IMG/VR virus record: IMGVR_UViG_3300027899_000001
Location: 186,001 to 250,000 of that record
Strand: one strand, 5' to 3'
Length of the DNA stretch: 64,000 nucleotides
The notes under the pieces are model-generated. The model made no database searches, was not told where the DNA came from, and worked only from the letters and a program-made list of their open reading frames with translations. A program made the position numbers and the translations under genes. Positions 57,969 through 64,000 of the stretch are shown in pieces; position 1 is the stretch's first letter, and each line of letters starts with the position of its first letter.

Positions 57969-58748
57969 TTATACACTTATAAGAACATTAGTTGATAAAA
58001 TAGTTTGTTTAGTTGCTTCAACAAGCCCTACGTTTACTCCAGGTGTTGCCGGAAATTTTTGATCTAAACTTGCAGCCATTGTTGATAATAACGCAATTAA
58101 AGGTTCTCCTCCAACTGCTGTTTGATATGGGCCTGGACCAATTTTAGTTTTTTGACTTCCATTAACTATAACTTCATCAGCAGTAACTTCTGCTAATGCT
58201 GCTGCAGCTATATGAACTTCATTTTTCGTAGTTACATTAATAACATCACCATCCATTTGAATAATTGAATCATTATTAGGAGTTGATAAAGTTATTAACG
58301 TATCTGGTGTTATTTGAATATATGATTCTTTAAAATAAATTTGAAATCCACTTTTAACTTGAAATATAACAGTAAGTTCTTGTTCAGGATCATATAGAAG
58401 AACATGAGTTCCTTGATAATCATCTTTAATTTTTTTAATAAGTTCAGTGTCAATATTTTGAATAGTTGTATATTCTGGCGCATACATATCACCATTATTA
58501 AATTGAATTCTTACAAATTGGCCAACTTTAGGAACAGAAAGAGATCCAGCGCCATCACCGGCAAATATTGTAGAATTTATAGGAACAGCCCATGGTAAAT
58601 ATTTATCTTCTATTCCATCAAATAAACCCAATACTTTAACTTGACATCTTCCTGAAAATGTAGTATCTTTAGTGTTAACTACAATTCCAATCCAGTCATT
58701 ATCGTGATAATCATGTTGAATAAAATCTATATCAGATGTATATGGCAT
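57969..58748 (-). CDS. Baseplate central spike, gp5/gpV OB-fold, 259 aa
   Basis: WIGIVVNTKD...GRCQVKV...LPWA...SVPKVGQFVRIQFNNGD..P.Y; no lysozyme domain. Confidence 0.8.
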   Translation of the reverse strand: MPYTSDIDFIQHDYHDNDWIGIVVNTKDTTFSGRCQVKVLGLFDGIEDKYLPWAVPINSTIFAGDGAGSLSVPKVGQFVRIQFNNGDMYAPEYTTIQNIDTELIKKIKDDYQGTHVLLYDPEQELTVIFQVKSGFQIYFKESYIQITPDTLITLSTPNNDSIIQMDGDVINVTTKNEVHIAAAALAEVTADEVIVNGSQKTKIGPGPYQTAVGGEPLIALLSTMAASLDQKFPATPGVNVGLVEATKQTILSTNVLISV

Positions 58749-58749
58749 A

Positions 58750-59451
58750 TTAATGTATTAGTTTATATTTTTGTAATAATTTTATTATTCGTATTCTTCT
58801 ATTTTTTACTTTCCAATAAAGAAGATTACGAGATAAATTAGAATTCACTGTTGCTCCAAGTTTTATAATAAATTCAGCAGTTTTAATTTTTCCATTATAA
58901 CAAGCTGTTGCTAAAGAATTACTTAATACTTCAGGAGTTAATTGTATTCCATTGTCTATTAATAATTGAAGTATATGAACATGATCAGTTTTAGCTGTCA
59001 TATAAAATGCTCTTGAATTTTCTAAGTTTACGTCTGCTCCATGATCTATCATAAATTTAACCATTAAGGAATTACCTTTAGTACAAGCTTGCACAAGAAA
59101 TTTTCCATTAGACATATTTAAATCAACGCCTTCTTCAACTAATATTTTAAGTATTTCTAAATTATTATATACAATTGTGTATCTTAAATAATCACTATCT
59201 TGATAATTACTACGTGTAATAGATTTTTTTGCTTGTCTATATAAATAAGAAACAAATTCAGGTTTATTAGATGATATGCATGCTAATAATTTAGAATGAG
59301 CAGAAGAACTTGCATTTGGATAACTACGGCCGCTTTTTTCAAACCAAGTATTAATAGCGTGTTCCATTCCAATTCCCATATCTTGTATAGGATCGGATTC
59401 TTCTGAAAATTTTTCATTTATCCATTTTCTATATGCTGAAAATTTTGTCAT
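58750..59451 (-). CDS. Tagged ankyrin-repeat protein, 233 aa
   Basis: MTKFSAYRKWINEKFSEESDPIQDMGIG; ANK motifs (LKILVEEGVDLN, VKFMIDHGADVN, AEFIIKLGATVN). Confidence 0.8.
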   Translation of the reverse strand: MTKFSAYRKWINEKFSEESDPIQDMGIGMEHAINTWFEKSGRSYPNASSSAHSKLLACISSNKPEFVSYLYRQAKKSITRSNYQDSDYLRYTIVYNNLEILKILVEEGVDLNMSNGKFLVQACTKGNSLMVKFMIDHGADVNLENSRAFYMTAKTDHVHILQLLIDNGIQLTPEVLSNSLATACYNGKIKTAEFIIKLGATVNSNLSRNLLYWKVKNRRIRIIKLLQKYKLIH

Positions 59452-59453
59452 CG

Positions 59454-60500
59454 TTAAAATAATTCATATTTTTTTAATAAGTCATAAACTCTTATTCTTC
59501 TACGTTGTTGAGACCATTTTTTCAATAACATTTTTAAAAGACTATTTACTTTTGCGCCTTTTTCTACTAAAAATTCTATCATTTTCAAATCTCCTCTGTC
59601 ACAAGCACTAGTTAATGCAGCATCTAAAATTTCTTTATCTATATCTATATTATCTAACAGATATTGTATAACATTTTTATGTCCAGCATTAACTGCTACT
59701 AAAAATAAATCTCTATTATATCCAATGCCAGTATTTGCGCCATTGTTAATTAAATATTCTAACATAGGTATATTGTCATATACCGTTGTATTTCTAAGTA
59801 TACAAGGATTTGCATTTACATTTGCTCCTGCTTCAACTAACATTTTAACTATTTCAAAGTTATTATAATTTACTGCTGTTTCTAAATAATCACCATAATT
59901 ATAATTTAAATTAGGAACTTTTGGTATAAGATATTTAACGAATTCTATTTTATTATCTACAATACTTTGTCTTAATCTTGAGCGAATATCATTAAAATAT
60001 AAAGGATATAATTTATCTCTAAAATAATCATCCATTATTCTTTCAATTCCAATACCCATATCATGAACTGGATCTGATTCTTCTTTAAATTTTTCATTTA
60101 CTGACGTATTTGGCGAAATGTTTGTATGATATTTACTATTTAATAATTTAATAACTTGTTCAACCATATCTATTACTTTAATATTTTCCCATTCATGACT
60201 ATATGCGTTTTCAGTATGTTCGAATGCATTTTTAAATGCTATATTATCATTTGCGTTAATTGTCAGTTCTTTTAAAGTAAAATAAAGAAGCATAACACAT
60301 ATAGTTTTTTCAGCATCTGTTTTCTTTTTATCTCGAAAATTTTTATTATAGAACGTTGTTGTACTTATAGGCCCCATTCTTTTTATTTCCTCTTTCCATA
60401 AATTTTGTAAATAAGGACGGCCTATACCCAAATCTTTTATTGGATCAGATTGATCAGAAAACTTTTCATTTAACCATTTTCTATATGCGTAGAATTTCAT
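59454..60500 (-). CDS. Two-module tagged polyprotein, second module ankyrin repeats, 348 aa
   Basis: N-terminal tag; internal VNEKFKEESDPVHDMGIG at 60048-60101; VKMLVEAGANVN, IEFLVEKGAKVN. Confidence 0.8.
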   Translation of the reverse strand: MKFYAYRKWLNEKFSDQSDPIKDLGIGRPYLQNLWKEEIKRMGPISTTTFYNKNFRDKKKTDAEKTICVMLLYFTLKELTINANDNIAFKNAFEHTENAYSHEWENIKVIDMVEQVIKLLNSKYHTNISPNTSVNEKFKEESDPVHDMGIGIERIMDDYFRDKLYPLYFNDIRSRLRQSIVDNKIEFVKYLIPKVPNLNYNYGDYLETAVNYNNFEIVKMLVEAGANVNANPCILRNTTVYDNIPMLEYLINNGANTGIGYNRDLFLVAVNAGHKNVIQYLLDNIDIDKEILDAALTSACDRGDLKMIEFLVEKGAKVNSLLKMLLKKWSQQRRRIRVYDLLKKYELF

Positions 60501-62653
60501 TGTTCTAATTTACTATTAGTTGCTTGACTTACTTTAGGTTGTTTTAAAAGATCGCCTTCTATTTTATTATTTAATATAGTTGATGGTGTTGCTTCTATTA
60601 TTCTAGTTGTAGGTATTGTTTTTGTTCTAACATTTGGTGTTTCCATTTTAATTGCTGCGCCATCTGCAATTTCATTAGACAAACCTGTTGATGATTTTTG
60701 TAATTTCATTCCGCCATCTACATTTTCTGATAAATGATCAGATGCTTTTCCTCTAGTAACACCTGATCCTTCTGTAGTTGAAGATAAACGTTCAGACGCT
60801 TTTCCTTCATTTAAAGCAGAACCTTCTGTATTTGAATCTAAACGTTCTGATGATGTTCCACGATTAATATCAGATACTAATGATTGATCATTTAGATTAC
60901 TTGATGCAGTTCCTCTTAACATTGTTGGTTCTTCATTTAAATTTCCTGATACTGCATTAGGAGCTACATGAGGTATACCCGCATTATTATCTAATGGTCT
61001 ATTAGTAGATGATAATAAAGATTGCTCGATTACTGCAGCTCTATATTGAGCAGCGCCTTCAACACTTTTAAGTATATTGATTTCACCTTGTCCAGTTAAA
61101 TTTGTAGCCATAGAATAATCTTTTATTTTTTCCCAAACTCCTTTTTCATTTAATACAATATTTGCAGCTTCTATTAATGCTATTGTATTTTCATCTGTTG
61201 CATCTGATTTAGAAATTTTAGAAAGTTCAGTTATAAATTGTCTCATTATCATATCTGTTTGAATGGGCTGTTCAAGACGAGAAGACGGCGCATTATTATA
61301 TTCATTCGCTACTTCATTTATTCCTTTTCTAATTAAACCTAATGCAGAAACTATGTTTTTTGATTGAAGAGCTGTTGTAATTTCTGTTAAAGAAACTCCT
61401 AAATTTGGAATCGTTGTTATTTTTGCTTTATCAATAATTTTCTTTACAAAATTTGTTCCTAATGCTTTTCCTATATCAATTGCGTTACCCACCCATGTTT
61501 CTGGTCTTACAGCATCTTGATTTTCTGGAATTCTATCATTATATGCATTACTTTGAGTATATCTTGTATCGCCTGTAGTATTTTGATTTATTCTTTCATT
61601 ATATGGTCTCCCAGATTTATGTTGAGTTAAAGGACTTCCAGGATCTCTATCTTGTGCTAATTGTAGAGCTACGGGATATTGATACGCATTTATAGGATTT
61701 TCACTTAGTGTTGAAATTTCATCCTTTGATCTATTAACACCATTTAATTTTCTATCACTTAAAAACATATGTTTAAATACAGGATATGTTTGTAATTCTT
61801 TAATGTTACCAATTTTAACTCCAAATTTTATAGCACCGGGTGTTGGATCGCCTGCAATTGTTAAACCATTTAAATGTTCATATGTTACATCTGTAATATC
61901 AAACTCGCACATTTCACACGTAATTTCCCATGTAGGTAATATATCATCAAGTATAGTTAAAAATAAAGGTGAATCTGATGCAGCACTTTTTAAATTATCT
62001 CCGTATCCAGAAGCTGTTGCACTTTCTGATAATTTAGCTAAATGAAAAGTTCTAAATTCACTAAGATAAATTTTTAATGTAAAATATCTCATCATATCAG
62101 GAAGAACCCATCTTTGATAAACATCATCCCAAGCAATTTTTTTATAAAGATTCATTAAATAACTCATTCTTCCATCTAATCCTTCAAGACATGTGATATT
62201 TATTCTTTTATCATTAAGAATTCTTTGGCCTTTAGTAGGATCAACTTTTAACAATTCGTTAACACCATCAATTGATTGAAAATAATAAGGAAAATCATAT
62301 TGTAAATTTTCAAATTTTAATATAAATTCTCTTAACATTTCAGCACGTGTTGGTTCATTAGCATTTTCTAAATACGAAACAGCAGAATAAGAATTTTCAG
62401 GAGTAAAAGAGCTATAAACAGAATTTCCAGTAAATCCACCAATAGTTTTAAGTGTATCTGCAATAAAAAATAAAGGATGTGGCATTACATCATATAATGC
62501 ACTGTTAGATGCACTATTATAATTTACATCTGATTGAGATCCGAATATTAATTTAAAAGAATAGTATGTTGGTTCATCAAAACGTTTTGATAAAGTATAT
62601 TTTTCAGCTATCTTTGGAGATGCGCCTCTAAATTGATTATACATAGTTTTCAT
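60497..62653 (-). CDS. Putative tail/baseplate protein with low-complexity repeated C-terminus, 718 aa
   Basis: Lies between hub-like and spike genes; ~19-aa repeats (RGTSSERLDSNTEG, EGKASERLSSTTEG, RGKASDHLSENVDG). Confidence 0.45.
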   Translation of the reverse strand: MKTMYNQFRGASPKIAEKYTLSKRFDEPTYYSFKLIFGSQSDVNYNSASNSALYDVMPHPLFFIADTLKTIGGFTGNSVYSSFTPENSYSAVSYLENANEPTRAEMLREFILKFENLQYDFPYYFQSIDGVNELLKVDPTKGQRILNDKRINITCLEGLDGRMSYLMNLYKKIAWDDVYQRWVLPDMMRYFTLKIYLSEFRTFHLAKLSESATASGYGDNLKSAASDSPLFLTILDDILPTWEITCEMCEFDITDVTYEHLNGLTIAGDPTPGAIKFGVKIGNIKELQTYPVFKHMFLSDRKLNGVNRSKDEISTLSENPINAYQYPVALQLAQDRDPGSPLTQHKSGRPYNERINQNTTGDTRYTQSNAYNDRIPENQDAVRPETWVGNAIDIGKALGTNFVKKIIDKAKITTIPNLGVSLTEITTALQSKNIVSALGLIRKGINEVANEYNNAPSSRLEQPIQTDMIMRQFITELSKISKSDATDENTIALIEAANIVLNEKGVWEKIKDYSMATNLTGQGEINILKSVEGAAQYRAAVIEQSLLSSTNRPLDNNAGIPHVAPNAVSGNLNEEPTMLRGTASSNLNDQSLVSDINRGTSSERLDSNTEGSALNEGKASERLSSTTEGSGVTRGKASDHLSENVDGGMKLQKSSTGLSNEIADGAAIKMETPNVRTKTIPTTRIIEATPSTILNNKIEGDLLKQPKVSQATNSKLEQ

Positions 62654-62661
62654 ATCTTCTT

Positions 62662-64000
62662 CTAAATTTTTGTTTTATTAACTGCTTGCACGGGTAAAGG
62701 TGGTGGCCATTCTCTTCTTGTTAAAATAAATTCTTGTGTAAAATTACTAAAACTAATTTCATCACTTTTGCTAGTACTACTCCATGATAAAACAAAACCT
62801 TTAACAATGTACCATCCACTATAAAATCTATCTAACATATCATTAAACTCTGCGTCAGGATTTATTTTCATATTTTCAATAGAATCTACTTTAATTATAG
62901 CCATAGGTAATTTATCTCCTCGTATTATATTAAAATTATTTCCATTAACTTCTACATGTACATTTAATTTATCAAGTTCTTTGTTATTAATTAAATTTTG
63001 AACTTTAGCAAGCTGATAACTCTTATGATGATTTCCTGTCCATTGTAAATTATCATTATCAGGATTACTAATAGTATATTGTACTCCTAACCAAGGATAT
63101 TTTTCATAAATATCTGTATAACTATAATTAGCACGTTTTAAATCTTTAGTATTAGTAGAAGCATCAAATTTAGCGCGGCCTCTTAATAAAATCATTTTAT
63201 TTGATTTATCTTCATCATATGTAGGTTCTACTGTTATTGCCCAATAATTTTTATTTTTTTCCGTTTTTGGATTTTCATATACATCTTTATTATGTTCAAA
63301 CATCTCACATGTCATTTTTGTTCCAATTTGAAATGTTATATTTGATGATTTATTTATTGGTCTCCAAGTTATAATATAAAAGGGCGTAGTTCTAAAACTT
63401 AAATAATTTGAAAAAACTTTTACCATTGGCCTAGTTTTTTCTTCTTCTGTATTAGCACCATAATTCCAGTTTTTATCAAAATTTGAAATTAACGCCGCAA
63501 CATCTACTTCTGATTCTGCTGACATTAATTGTTTATTAAGATTAATAAAATTTAGATTATAATACACGTCTATCCAACATGCGTAAAAAGATTTATTATC
63601 TCTCCATGCTCTTTCAATTAAATTATTAATAAAAATATCTCCTGCTATATTAGCTTTGAGCCAAATTTGTTTATCATTAGTATCATCTTCATTAGATGAA
63701 AATCCTAATTTATATCTTTTTGCAAAATCTTTAGCTGCTTCAAGTGTAGTTCCTTCAAAATGATAGTCATTTTTTTGACTTTTAAGTCCTGGAATAAATA
63801 ATTCTCCATAAAAAGACATTCTAATTAGTTCTTTTCTTTCAGTTGAAGTTGGTAATACATGTACTCCAGTAATAACATAATCATTGCGAATAATTTTTAA
63901 TGTATCTGTTTTATTACGTATAGCAACTGAAATTATATCTCCATCTTTTGGCATTTCTTTTGCTAAAAATAATTGACTTATAAATGCACAATCTAATGAA
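62662..64000 (-). CDS. Baseplate hub protein, gp27/gpD-like, 5' end beyond the window
   Basis: Frame stays open upstream of 63954 to the edge (SLDCAFISQLFLAKEMPKDGD); C-terminal VEVNG.NF.I.RGD...YSGWYIV......F.QE..L.R hub-type motif. Confidence 0.6.
   Translation of the reverse strand, partial: SLDCAFISQLFLAKEMPKDGDIISVAIRNKTDTLKIIRNDYVITGVHVLPTSTERKELIRMSFYGELFIPGLKSQKNDYHFEGTTLEAAKDFAKRYKLGFSSNEDDTNDKQIWLKANIAGDIFINNLIERAWRDNKSFYACWIDVYYNLNFINLNKQLMSAESEVDVAALISNFDKNWNYGANTEEEKTRPMVKVFSNYLSFRTTPFYIITWRPINKSSNITFQIGTKMTCEMFEHNKDVYENPKTEKNKNYWAITVEPTYDEDKSNKMILLRGRAKFDASTNTKDLKRANYSYTDIYEKYPWLGVQYTISNPDNDNLQWTGNHHKSYQLAKVQNLINNKELDKLNVHVEVNGNNFNIIRGDKLPMAIIKVDSIENMKINPDAEFNDMLDRFYSGWYIVKGFVLSWSSTSKSDEISFSNFTQEFILTRREWPPPLPVQAVNKTKI

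Noticed and set aside
1-64000. Stop-codon reassignment, as in some large phages
   Set aside because: Code 11 gives near-complete coding density with very long ORFs; TAG and TGA both end genes at tight junctions
1-64000. tRNA, rRNA or structured ncRNA genes
   Set aside because: Intergenic gaps are short and none showed a cloverleaf or other recognisable fold by eye; a covariance-model scan was not run
1-64000. Eukaryotic giant virus or bacterial chromosome origin (collagen, ankyrin, LRR, S1, Hsp20)
   Set aside because: T4-like neck and baseplate genes, overlapping operonic genes, intrinsic terminators and phage homing endonucleases point to a jumbo bacteriophage

Overview
This is an AT-rich, densely coding 64-kb segment read with genetic code 11. 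It looks like the tail/baseplate (late) region of a very large T4-like myovirus (jumbo phage). The host is probably Bacteroidota, inferred from the S1 N-terminus, the A-rich initiation regions without Shine-Dalgarno (SD) sites and a DDLPF tail. The left half (minus strand) encodes giant virion proteins: a ~1,440-aa Gly-X-Gln collagen-like fibre, a 5,002-aa protein of 12 PKD-like+LRR modules, a repeat-rich fibre and other large structural proteins. The right half holds a ribosomal protein S1 homolog, a degenerate amidoligase-like gene, gp13-, gp25-, gp6-, gp7-, gp5- and gp27-like genes, an FN3 protein, Hsp20 and two homing endonucleases. Six exact copies of ATATATAAAATAAA precede genes and are a likely late promoter. 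The main unexplained signal is a family of 11 ORFs carrying 16 copies of (I/L/V)xE-KFxEESDP(I/V)xD(M/L)GIG. The motif follows a short leader resembling the T4 capsid-targeting sequence, recurs inside apparent polyproteins and is fused to unrelated cargo domains (ankyrin, LRR, Zn finger with SSB-like tail, acidic domains). Two more genes (an Acb1-like 2H phosphoesterase and an HExxH protein) carry the leader alone. I interpret this as a candidate capsid-packaged, protease-processed, tag-addressed effector system. All product calls come from motif recognition by eye; no searches were run.
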